Sequence record: PV037725.1
Reading direction: 5' to 3' (one strand)
DNA length: 64,000 bases
The first letter of the stretch is position 1. Each line of letters begins with the position of its first letter. The translations under genes and the position numbers were made by a program. The notes beneath the pieces were generated by a model. The model did not search any database and was not told the origin of the DNA. It saw nothing but the letters and a program-made list of their open reading frames with translations. This document shows, piece after piece, positions 10,337 through 19,631 of the stretch.

Positions 10337-11503
10337 ATGTCTGATGATACACGTCAAGATCCGAGCAATCTTCCGTCCCTGACCTCACCGGTGGAAGAAC
10401 CTACGGAACAAAACACAATCGTTACAGATACATTAGATCAACTCCAAGATCATATTACACAACGTGCCGCCTTGGAAAACTATCGTGATATGGTTATTGC
10501 CGCAGGTCGTGATGGCCTGGACCCAGTAGCCAAACAACTGATGTTGGTCAACTTGCAACAACTTAAACTGAAGCGTAACAGTGTCGGCATGGAGTCTTTT
10601 GATTCTGGCTGCCAAGAGATTACGTTGGAAGGCTTTAGTGAATGGATCGAAGGACTTGGCGAAAAGATTCGAGCCCTGATCGATAAACTGATCGCTATGG
10701 CTAAGGAATTCGCTTCTAAGATTATGTCCGGTGTTGAGTCTGTTAAACAACAGTCTGAGGATCTAATCAAGCGAGCCATGAAACGGGGCAACTCCAAACC
10801 AGCTACCGAACTCCATGATGAAAATAAAGAAGTCTCCATTGATAACCCATCGATCCTTTGGGCCAATGGTGAGTTCTGTATTGCGGATTGCCGCTCTGAA
10901 CAAGAAGTCATTAAGTTCTTCTTGCAGGTATGGCCTAAGTACGCTAAAGACCAAGTCTTACGTGCTAAGAAGATGGTCAGTGAGTACGACGTGGAGTCGG
11001 GTAATTCTGAGAACTTTGAATCCAACATGGGCTTCATTGGTAACCACCAATCCTTCGTTAATAACGTAACCAGTCTAGTCTTGCCGGGTAACAAACAGAT
11101 CGCATTTAAGTATGTTGCTCTGGGTCCTGAATTAGTAGATGCGAAAGATGCCGAACCAGCTCCAGATACACATTCGTTTGAAGTACGTACTGGTGCCGAG
11201 ATCCATAGTACATTGAAGGCTAACATCGCCACAATGAATGCTCTGGGTGGATTGTTCCGTGCTGAATCTGAGGTGTTGAATGAGATGGCTACACTGGGTC
11301 AAGCCTTGACTACCCTTGAAGGTCGTCGTAGTGAGACTATCTGGAAAACAGCCCGTGATGGGTTGGATGATATCTCTAACGCCATGCTGGATCTTATTGG
11401 TCGCCTTAAGCCAAACTATGATCCAATCGTTCGTCACCTCGCCAAAGTGGGTAACGCTCGTAACGCTATCTGCCGTAAAGAACTTGACGCACTGGGTCAA
11501 TGA
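10337..11503 (+). CDS. Inner head protein paralog
   Basis: ATG at 10337 preferred (SD AAAGGT); ALENY, GMESF, TLEGF motifs. Confidence 0.7.
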   Translation: MSDDTRQDPSNLPSLTSPVEEPTEQNTIVTDTLDQLQDHITQRAALENYRDMVIAAGRDGLDPVAKQLMLVNLQQLKLKRNSVGMESFDSGCQEITLEGFSEWIEGLGEKIRALIDKLIAMAKEFASKIMSGVESVKQQSEDLIKRAMKRGNSKPATELHDENKEVSIDNPSILWANGEFCIADCRSEQEVIKFFLQVWPKYAKDQVLRAKKMVSEYDVESGNSENFESNMGFIGNHQSFVNNVTSLVLPGNKQIAFKYVALGPELVDAKDAEPAPDTHSFEVRTGAEIHSTLKANIATMNALGGLFRAESEVLNEMATLGQALTTLEGRRSETIWKTARDGLDDISNAMLDLIGRLKPNYDPIVRHLAKVGNARNAICRKELDALGQ

Positions 11504-11529
11504 TATAGTTTAACTTAAAGGAATCCACC

Positions 11530-12972
11530 ATGAGTTTGTCAGCCCTTCTGAAAGAAGCCGGTGTGCGTAAAGTCAGTAATGAAAATATTGGCGAAACCCC
11601 ACTGGTGCAAGAAACCGTAGTCTCTCCAGTAGACTCCCCATCGGCAGCTATCCCAGTTGCTGAGACCGCTGTTGTAGAAACAACCCCATTGCCAGCTGAT
11701 GTAGCTCCGGCAGTAGCTGAAGTACCGCCAGTAGTAGAACCTATTGCCCCAGTAGCCGTAGTTCCTCCTGTACAGGAAAGCGTTCAAGTTGAGACAGTAC
11801 CGTTAGACGTTGCAGAGGCTGCTGTTGCCGATGCCGTAGAGATCACTCAGATCGAAGCCACTGGTGGTCAACTTGAAGTGGAGCAATGCGCCCTACAAGA
11901 GAAAGCCGATGAGCTGATGGAGATCCAAACAGCTCTGGAACACCTGACTACAGTAATCCGTAAATCGGGTGCTGCTGGTGTTAGCAATCAAAGTGCTGAG
12001 ATCATTCAAGTCCAGCTCCGTGCAGTTAACCGTAAACTCGGTGTCGAGAGTACGTTTGTCTCAACTGAATCGTTTACTGCTCGTGATCCACGTAGCCAAC
12101 ATGAAACAGCTACTATCGCACTTGAGGACATTAAGACGTCTATTAAGGTGGCGAAGAACAAGTTCATTGAGGTCATGGAAAAGCTCATCGCTTTGTTCAA
12201 GAAGACTGCCAACAATTATCTCGACGGTGTGAATGCACTGGAGAAGAAAACCGATCAGTTGGATCAGCGCCTTGGTGCACTGAAGAAAACTGGTGCTGGT
12301 GGTTCGATGACTGTCAACAATGCTGGTGTTGTCCTGTTGGACGATAGTTGGGATATCCCGGACGACATTCCAGGATTGGCTCACTTCGCAGCGGTCGGTT
12401 ATCCAGAAGGTGTTATCAAGTACCTCAACAACTCCGCTAAGGTATTGCTGAAGTATAAAGGTGACAACTTCGATCGTGAACGTTTGATGGAAGACTTCAA
12501 CCGCGAAGCTAAGCCATTGCAGTATCTCATTAACATGAACGTTAAAGACGATAAGCTACCTGGTGGCTTCCACATGGACATCAGTGAGGATGGTCTGAGT
12601 TTCGGCATCAAGGGTGAAATCCCAAGTGGCGTGAACAAAGAACTGGATCTGTTGGCTACTGCTGAATTGCGTAAGAAAGTTCGTAAGATCAAAGAGATCA
12701 TCGTCCAACTGAAAGAGATTCGTCCAGAAGTAGATAAGATCGACAAGGCTGCGCGCAAGTTGATTGAAGCGGCAGGTCGAGCTACCGATAGTTGGGGTAA
12801 AGATCAAACCCAGGCTCAGGAATACATGGACACTGTCCGTGATGCGGTCTACCGCTCCTCTGCTTCCAAACCACGTATTGATGAAGTAATCAAATACTTG
12901 GTTCGCTACCTCTCGATGCAACTGGCCATCTGTACTACGATGACCAACGAAATTGAGAAAGAGAAAGACTAA
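11530..12972 (+). CDS. Inner head protein paralog with Pro/Val/Ala-rich propeptide
   Basis: 480 aa; SNE, ALE, STESF, ALEDI motifs. Confidence 0.7.
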   Translation: MSLSALLKEAGVRKVSNENIGETPLVQETVVSPVDSPSAAIPVAETAVVETTPLPADVAPAVAEVPPVVEPIAPVAVVPPVQESVQVETVPLDVAEAAVADAVEITQIEATGGQLEVEQCALQEKADELMEIQTALEHLTTVIRKSGAAGVSNQSAEIIQVQLRAVNRKLGVESTFVSTESFTARDPRSQHETATIALEDIKTSIKVAKNKFIEVMEKLIALFKKTANNYLDGVNALEKKTDQLDQRLGALKKTGAGGSMTVNNAGVVLLDDSWDIPDDIPGLAHFAAVGYPEGVIKYLNNSAKVLLKYKGDNFDRERLMEDFNREAKPLQYLINMNVKDDKLPGGFHMDISEDGLSFGIKGEIPSGVNKELDLLATAELRKKVRKIKEIIVQLKEIRPEVDKIDKAARKLIEAAGRATDSWGKDQTQAQEYMDTVRDAVYRSSASKPRIDEVIKYLVRYLSMQLAICTTMTNEIEKEKD

Positions 12973-12976
12973 CTAG

Positions 12977-13000
12977 ACGGGACCTTCGGGTCCCGTTTTT
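12977..13000 (+). terminator. Intrinsic terminator
   Basis: ACGGGACC TTCG GGTCCCGT TTTT. Confidence 0.85.
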
Positions 13001-13014
13001 ATTCAGGTGTCATT

Positions 13015-14118
13015 ATGAATGAAATTGTAGAACTCGCCCCAACAACAGCAGTCAATGCTGCGCCTGACGTAATGAGTACCTTGATGGAGTTGAATCCGGC
13101 TATTGCGGACGAGATCCTAGAGTTGGTACATGGAATCGAACATTACAAAAATATCCGACGCTACAAACCCAAAGAATTTAATCTGGGCCTGGAAGTAGAA
13201 GATCAGTCTAACCTTCTCGACCGATTAGTAGACGCATTGATCCGTTTCATTACACGCTTCATTAAAGACATCTATGAAGGTACGGCTACACTGAGCTTCT
13301 CTTTAGGTAAAGTTCACAACCGTGCCGAGCTGATCAACACTGAATCCAGAACTAAGCGTCGTACTAATCGCAATGACACTTTTAAAATTGATACCCGTGT
13401 GCACAACCTGTGTATCAACTACAAACCTGTTAGCGATCCACAGCAACTCTTGATGTTGATGAAGTCCAACGATACTTTGTTTAAGAACTATTTCAAGTAT
13501 CAGAACATCGATCTCCCATCTGTTATTCCACGCTTACTTGCAATCGACCCTAATTCTGAAACCTCAGTCATTGGGCTAATTGAACTGCTCGCGCCAGTAT
13601 CACCCATGTCGGTTGGTACAGCATTCGGCTTTACCGGTGACGGTAGTTCAAAAGTCAGTATACATCTATTAGGTAATCAACGACTGCACGTACTCAGTAA
13701 GAATCCTGTGGGTGATGCTGTTGAACAGTTGGTTGGTCAAGAGTGGTTGTTGTTACCCGTCTCAGATAGTCCTAAGCCTACGCCACCTAACATTACATAC
13801 AACACGTTCGCTTCGACTATTGAACAAAGTATTCTCCGTGAGATCATCAACACTACCAGTGCACTGGAAGCTAACTTTGGCATCGTATCGCGTAACCGCC
13901 GTGCATCGTCGGTAGATGACTTCACACGTTACTTAGAACGTCTACGTAATGGTATCCTTACAGGTAAGTACACGGGTGAAGCTTTAGATCGGACAAATCA
14001 AATTGTTCGGATGTTAGAAGCTTACGCTACTTGGCTTGTCAACCCTTACTTGAACATGATGGGTCTCTATATCAGAAATGCCAATGCTGTGCTGAATGTA
14101 TGCGCTGCTAACAACTAA
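13015..14118 (+). CDS. Inner head protein paralog
   Basis: 367 aa; GLEVE motif followed by a helical LLDRLVDALIRFI segment as in the neighbouring paralogs. Confidence 0.6.
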   Translation: MNEIVELAPTTAVNAAPDVMSTLMELNPAIADEILELVHGIEHYKNIRRYKPKEFNLGLEVEDQSNLLDRLVDALIRFITRFIKDIYEGTATLSFSLGKVHNRAELINTESRTKRRTNRNDTFKIDTRVHNLCINYKPVSDPQQLLMLMKSNDTLFKNYFKYQNIDLPSVIPRLLAIDPNSETSVIGLIELLAPVSPMSVGTAFGFTGDGSSKVSIHLLGNQRLHVLSKNPVGDAVEQLVGQEWLLLPVSDSPKPTPPNITYNTFASTIEQSILREIINTTSALEANFGIVSRNRRASSVDDFTRYLERLRNGILTGKYTGEALDRTNQIVRMLEAYATWLVNPYLNMMGLYIRNANAVLNVCAANN

Positions 14119-14149
14119 AGACAAAACTGGCTTATTATCTGATAGTATA

Positions 14150-14189
14150 TTCGTCCTGTGGTTATGTGGAGGACGAACTGCATAACCAC
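14150..14189 (+). promoter_or_regulatory. Candidate RNA pseudoknot or two-state hairpin in the 5' leader
   Basis: TTCGTCCT (14150-57) is complementary to AGGACGAA (14170-77); GTGGTTATG (14158-66) is complementary to CATAACCAC (14181-89); the stems interleave. Confidence 0.65.
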
Positions 14190-14216
14190 TCCTGTAACAA
14201 AAAAGGTATTGTCAAC

Positions 14217-17018
14217 ATGTTGAAAAAACTAAATAGCGGTAACTTGTTCTCTTTTGAAGACCACGAGGATACGTCCGGTGAAGATCTTCCAGAGCAAGGT
14301 GTTGTATCTGAAGCGGATGCCGAAAGTGTAGTCGCTGAAGCAACCCCATCGGACGACGTAACCGAAGCGGGCGATGACATTGGTCAAGCAACTCCTAATG
14401 TCGAAATTGAAGCAACCCCAGATGCTGACCTGACTGTAACTGAAGACAGCGTCGACTCTCCGGATGGTAGTACCACTGAGATCGTTGATGAAGTTCCTGC
14501 TGAAGGCGGTTCTTCGGAAGAAGTCAATAAACTCACCGAAGAAGGCGAGGAAGCTGCGGCCACTAAAGATGAGATCGTAGCTTTGGCTACCGCCGAAGCC
14601 ACCAGTGAAGCTGGCGGTACTGATGTAAATGGTAATGCCATCACTGAAGAACAAGCTGCGGAGAATACTGAGGCTGAAGAGATCGATGAAGAGGTCGACG
14701 AAGAAGCTGAGAAATCGGCAGCTGACAAAGATCTCAACGAACAAGTCGAAGACGTAAACGAACACGTTGACGAAGAACTCGGTGAAGCCATTGGCGACGA
14801 TTCCACTGATGGTGGCCTGGACGCTGAATCTACCGACGACACCTCTACTGATATCGACTCCGGTGGCGACCAAGGTGATCTTGGTATGGATGCCGACCTG
14901 GGTGGTGAAGGCGACGTTGAAGGTGGTGATGACGCAGCCTTTGACGACGAAACTCCTTTAGAGGGTACTGACGATGTGGATGCAGGTTCCGATACTACTG
15001 CTGACGATTCTGCTGGTGATGTGGGTAGTGCTGAAACTGATACGGGGTCTGATCAGACTGATGTCGAATCCACAGACGGTGGTGACCTTGGTCAAACGGA
15101 TACTATTCCGGATGCCGAAGGTGTTGACGGGGATAGCTCGGTGGCTGACGACGTAGCTAAGCAAAACGAAGCTGCCGATGTAACCGCAGACGCGGCTAGT
15201 GCCGATGCTGATCAAACCGACTTTATTGCTGGTGATACTCCTGAACAACATGGTGTAGAACCGGCCAGTGACGAACTCCCAGCTAACGATGGTGAAGAAG
15301 TTGTTGCTGAAGCTATCCCAGCCGTTCAGAACCAATCTGACGTGGGTGCCGCGAATGCCAACGCTGAAGTAACTGAGACTACCGAAGATGAAGTAAACTT
15401 CGACGACGAAACTCCACTGGAAGGTGTTGATGACACTGAGACTGAACCTCTTGATGTCAATGCGGAACAAGACCTTACACCGGTAGAAGTCGATGGTCAA
15501 GAAGCAGACGGCCCAACGGGCGACGGCGCCACAGTAGAAGAGTCCCAATCGGATCAACAAGCCGAGGCGATGGATGAAGCCGCTGAAACTACTGAAACCG
15601 AAGAGGAAGAAGGTGCTGGTGAAGCTGAAGATGGTGAATCCGCAGTAGAGACGGAAACCGAAACGGATACTGATGGCTCCACTGCTGAAGTAGTAGAAGA
15701 CATTACTTCTGACGGTGAGCCGGGCATTGACGCTGAGGCTGGTGAGATCGAAGAGACTGAAGAGGAAGCCAACCTTGAAGAAGGTGAATTGGATATCCCT
15801 GACGTCGATACCGATACCACCGAAGAAGAAGTCGAAGAAGCCACTATTGCGGCCGATGAGATGGATGCTGAAGCTGACGCCGAAGAAGCCGAAGGCGACA
15901 TTGCAGAGAAAACTATTGAAGAACTCCAACGTGAGAAAGAGTCCCTCGAGAAATTCTGCGTGATGATCCAATGGGGCATTGCCAACGAATCTTACAACCC
16001 TGGGCTGCTGGCCTACATGGTAGCTGAATCCGATAAGATGCGTGGTGTACTGAACGACATCGGCTTTAAGTTACCTAAGGTTGCATTGGAATCTTACGAC
16101 GCTAAGGATATGGACCTGGCTTATCAAACTACTCTGGAATCCTTCCGTGGTATGTTGTCTCGCATGTCTGGTATCAGTCATCAACTTACCCAAAAGGTAG
16201 AACGTTGGTGGGCTAAGGGTATGGTTGACAAAGTCAAGACCCGTGCTACTGCGTTGAACAAGCAGATTGACCTTTGCTTGGTACAGCTTAAAGAGGCTGA
16301 TAAGTCTACCCATGAAGTAAACGCTATCGGTGCCTATCTGTCACACGCCGACGGACATTTGGTTAAGGCTGTTTCTGACGACCTGAAAGCTATCACTGAA
16401 ATTGGTGGTAAAGGCTTTAAGGCTACCGAAGATCTGCAAACCAATATCGTCAAAGCGTTGAACGACATCACGGGTGCAGCTAACCCTGCTGAAGCAACTA
16501 GCATTGCCGATAAAGTATCTCGTTTCAAAGATACCAAGTCAGCCTTCCCAACCAAGGCGTTCACTCCAGGCTTACTGGGTGGCTATCGCTTGGAACTTAA
16601 GGATGCTAAAGCTGGTGACGCTCTGAAAGATAAGATCATTGATATGGGTCGTCGTGCAGTACCTGTAGTTGTTAAAGAAGGTAAAGGTGTGAAGTCTACT
16701 CAGAAGCTCTCTAAGGGTGATGTAGCCAACTTACTGAAGATGGCTAAGGCTTACGTGGCTTTGGCTGTTAAACTCTCTGAGACGACTGGTGATCGCGCTG
16801 TAGACAACGTATCCAAGATCCGTCTGACTCGTGAACGTGCTTTGCCGATCGCAGTAGAGGGTCGTGTTCGTGGTGGTGATGAGGCTGCAATCGATGCAGC
16901 AGCTAGCGCTCTGGAAATGATTGCTAAGGCACACAACGACCTGTACAAGTTCGTTACCAAACATTGCATCGAAGTTGCTGACGCATTGTGTGGCGTGTCT
17001 AAGAAGTTTACCAAGTAA
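14217..17018 (+). CDS. Giant inner head protein with about 600 aa acidic propeptide (phiKZ gp97-like)
   Basis: ATG 14217 with SD AAAGGT (933 aa); D/E-rich N-terminal two-thirds; ANESY, ALESY, TLESF motifs precede a basic helical mature domain. Confidence 0.7.
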   Translation: MLKKLNSGNLFSFEDHEDTSGEDLPEQGVVSEADAESVVAEATPSDDVTEAGDDIGQATPNVEIEATPDADLTVTEDSVDSPDGSTTEIVDEVPAEGGSSEEVNKLTEEGEEAAATKDEIVALATAEATSEAGGTDVNGNAITEEQAAENTEAEEIDEEVDEEAEKSAADKDLNEQVEDVNEHVDEELGEAIGDDSTDGGLDAESTDDTSTDIDSGGDQGDLGMDADLGGEGDVEGGDDAAFDDETPLEGTDDVDAGSDTTADDSAGDVGSAETDTGSDQTDVESTDGGDLGQTDTIPDAEGVDGDSSVADDVAKQNEAADVTADAASADADQTDFIAGDTPEQHGVEPASDELPANDGEEVVAEAIPAVQNQSDVGAANANAEVTETTEDEVNFDDETPLEGVDDTETEPLDVNAEQDLTPVEVDGQEADGPTGDGATVEESQSDQQAEAMDEAAETTETEEEEGAGEAEDGESAVETETETDTDGSTAEVVEDITSDGEPGIDAEAGEIEETEEEANLEEGELDIPDVDTDTTEEEVEEATIAADEMDAEADAEEAEGDIAEKTIEELQREKESLEKFCVMIQWGIANESYNPGLLAYMVAESDKMRGVLNDIGFKLPKVALESYDAKDMDLAYQTTLESFRGMLSRMSGISHQLTQKVERWWAKGMVDKVKTRATALNKQIDLCLVQLKEADKSTHEVNAIGAYLSHADGHLVKAVSDDLKAITEIGGKGFKATEDLQTNIVKALNDITGAANPAEATSIADKVSRFKDTKSAFPTKAFTPGLLGGYRLELKDAKAGDALKDKIIDMGRRAVPVVVKEGKGVKSTQKLSKGDVANLLKMAKAYVALAVKLSETTGDRAVDNVSKIRLTRERALPIAVEGRVRGGDEAAIDAAASALEMIAKAHNDLYKFVTKHCIEVADALCGVSKKFTK

Positions 17019-17021
17019 CAA

Positions 17022-17053
17022 CATATTGCCCCTCCTTCGGGAGGGGCCTTATG
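17022..17053. terminator. CATA-hairpin-TATG element
   Basis: CATA tt GCCCCTCC TTCG GGAGGGGC ct TATG. Confidence 0.85.
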
Positions 17054-17086
17054 CCGTAATCTTATGATCTTTTAATGAGGTGTAAG

Positions 17087-17956
17087 ATGATAGACCTACT
17101 GTTAGTTTCTTTACTTATAAATGGGGATTCCCCGATTACGCCAACACCGGCACCACCAAATCCCACCGACTGGGCTAGTACCATGGGCATCGTAGCTGAT
17201 GAACTAGGTGAAAATATTTATTTCGCTGGCGGTACTACTTCGCCTTCTGGTGCTAACAGACGTGTAATGAGCTACAATGTCATTAGTAAAACATACACTG
17301 AATATCCGGCATTACCTGGTACAGTGACACCCACGAACTATTTCCAGATATGGTGTAAGTCGGGTACGATCTACGTTACCCGCAGTGGGGCAATGTATAA
17401 ACTTGATTCTGGTGCCACGAGTTGGGTAAAGCTGGCGAACCCAAGCACCCCAGGTAACATGCCAGCGTATGGTGGTGCCACGTTAATCTACAATGGGCGA
17501 CTACTTTGCTATGGGCTACTTGCTTCTCCGGGTTATGAGAATGCGATTTGTGAGTACCTACCTGACACTAATAGTTTTGTTAAGGTTGCGGTAAACCCCG
17601 CCAAACCGATCATGACGTATACCAGTCTTAATGTAGTCGGTACGAAATTTTACATGGTTAACGGCACTAATAACAATTTCGACGTTTACGATATTGTAAC
17701 TAATACGTGGACAACTACCGCAGTTATGCCTGTACCTTATTACACCAGAGCCCAAGCGGCCTATGATGGTAAGGTCGTATTGTTCGGTGGTAATACATCA
17801 ACGTTTGAAATAACTACCGCCTACGATACCGTGTCGGCGCAATTTAGTAATTTACCACCCATGAGACTACCCGATACCAATGGTCTGTTTGTTACAGCTG
17901 GTGGATACGCCTACTCACTTCAACAAGGTAAGTTGCTAAGTTATAAACTTGAATAG
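17087..17956 (+). CDS. Kelch-repeat beta-propeller virion protein
   Basis: ATG 17087 after SD GAGGTG; Kelch hallmarks (IYFAGG, YNVISKTYT, YDIVTNTW, VVLFGG); N-terminus MIDLLL. Confidence 0.8.
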   Translation: MIDLLLVSLLINGDSPITPTPAPPNPTDWASTMGIVADELGENIYFAGGTTSPSGANRRVMSYNVISKTYTEYPALPGTVTPTNYFQIWCKSGTIYVTRSGAMYKLDSGATSWVKLANPSTPGNMPAYGGATLIYNGRLLCYGLLASPGYENAICEYLPDTNSFVKVAVNPAKPIMTYTSLNVVGTKFYMVNGTNNNFDVYDIVTNTWTTTAVMPVPYYTRAQAAYDGKVVLFGGNTSTFEITTAYDTVSAQFSNLPPMRLPDTNGLFVTAGGYAYSLQQGKLLSYKLE

Positions 17957-17966
17957 AGGTACTACC

Positions 17967-19631
17967 ATGGCTAACGCCGTTATTGTTTTACCTGACGTTT
18001 ACGAAACCATTCAACGAGCTGTAGCTGTGAGTGCTGTAAGTCAGATTGCGCAGTTTATGGGTCTACCCCCAGAGACTCAAGTGTATTTCCCCGGACGAGC
18101 TGAAACCGTACCTATGAACGGCGGTATGTTCGGTAACTGCTGTGATGCTACCAGTGCTATTCGCTTTGATCCAGAAGAGCGTATTGAGGTTAAGTACGAC
18201 GAGATCGCTGAAGAGAACTTCACGTTATCCACGGCAGTAATGAATGACCAAAACTTTCCGATCTTTGTAGATCTGAAACATGGTATCTTCATTCACCCAG
18301 TACGTAGGTTTGTTGACTTCCGTATCGATATTACTTATCAAGCTCCGAACGTAGTGGTGGCACAACGCTGGTTGGACGATCAACGTATCAAGTTGTCAGA
18401 AGGCTTTGGTGACATGACCATGGCACTAGAGTACCACTACAACTTCCCATTACCCATGATGTCGCTCCTCAAAGGCCTCTACGACACACAAGAAGGATCG
18501 GCCTACCCAACCGGGCAGCCTTTCAAAGAATGGCTCTTAGAACGCACTGTACAGCCTAACACAGAAATGGTTACGCAGACGGATACCTTTCCACAATACA
18601 CCGTTTATGAACGACAAGTAGATGTGGTGGGCCATTTCGATTTCATCAACACACCTGAGACACCAGTACCTACCTCTGATAAAGCGGGTAGCTATGAAGT
18701 GACCTTTAGTTACATCTGTCGTTACGATCGCCCAACCCACATGTACATCGAATATCCGATGATCATGAACCAGTGTCCGATTCCAAAGTTGTTCCGTCCT
18801 GATTACCCATATCAGAACTACCAACAAACAGATCGTAAGACTACTGTATTGCGTGGGTCTCTTGAAAAGGCATTCATGATCTCAGCTGAACGTGGTTTAC
18901 CTTACATCCAGTACCCACCGACGGACACCTGGGTTGCACCAGATGAATACCCAACCAAACTAACTTTCTTCACCGGCCTGCTGATGCTTAATTGCAAAGA
19001 CCTCAAAGCCGTGATGGATTTTAAGTCTTTGGGTACCTTTGCGTTTACGCCATGGTTCACTGAGTTGTTCGATACTGTTGGTGATCGTGCGTTGGGACCG
19101 AATAGTTTCTTCGATGTTAGGCTTTACCGTAATAATGAACGTTTGTATGTACCGTTAACAATGGAACCCGGAACACTTAAGTTAAGAACTACAGTTGACT
19201 TAGATCCGGAGTACTACTATCACGTTCAGATTTCACTGAATGGTAACTGGTTACAGATTCCTAAGGATACATGGGAAGGCTTACGCCGTTACCCAACGGC
19301 TTACTGGAATATCTGTCGCATGTTCAGGGTATGTAGAGGTAAAGCACCTTTGGATAAGCTGGAGCTATTAGGTCTGGGTCGCCCCCGTACACCTAATCCA
19401 GATTGGCCGGGTGAAGGTACTACCGATTGGACTAAAGATGTCCCACGATTTACCCAAGGGTATGTAAGGTGGGCAGACATCGAATGCGGTCGTACCGAAC
19501 GTGCTGATACGATCCCTGGTCAGACTGGACCTAACGGTACAGACGCCTTTACAGCGCTACAAGGGTATGGACCATCAAACGTACTGTACTTTGGTTTGAT
19601 CGCTGACAAACTCATCGGAGGCCCTCAATGA
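17967..19631 (+). CDS. Conserved virion structural protein (neck/tail region; phiKZ gp98-101 block)
   Basis: ATG 17967 with SD GAGGT; long conserved-type ORF in the late block. Confidence 0.55.
   Translation: MANAVIVLPDVYETIQRAVAVSAVSQIAQFMGLPPETQVYFPGRAETVPMNGGMFGNCCDATSAIRFDPEERIEVKYDEIAEENFTLSTAVMNDQNFPIFVDLKHGIFIHPVRRFVDFRIDITYQAPNVVVAQRWLDDQRIKLSEGFGDMTMALEYHYNFPLPMMSLLKGLYDTQEGSAYPTGQPFKEWLLERTVQPNTEMVTQTDTFPQYTVYERQVDVVGHFDFINTPETPVPTSDKAGSYEVTFSYICRYDRPTHMYIEYPMIMNQCPIPKLFRPDYPYQNYQQTDRKTTVLRGSLEKAFMISAERGLPYIQYPPTDTWVAPDEYPTKLTFFTGLLMLNCKDLKAVMDFKSLGTFAFTPWFTELFDTVGDRALGPNSFFDVRLYRNNERLYVPLTMEPGTLKLRTTVDLDPEYYYHVQISLNGNWLQIPKDTWEGLRRYPTAYWNICRMFRVCRGKAPLDKLELLGLGRPRTPNPDWPGEGTTDWTKDVPRFTQGYVRWADIECGRTERADTIPGQTGPNGTDAFTALQGYGPSNVLYFGLIADKLIGGPQ

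Noticed and set aside
14109-14217. -1 frameshift fusing the 13015 gene to the 14217 gene (the downstream frame is open from 14112)
   Set aside because: No slippery heptamer in the 7-nt overlap, the pseudoknot is about 30 nt too far away, and the bridging peptide is not protein-like.
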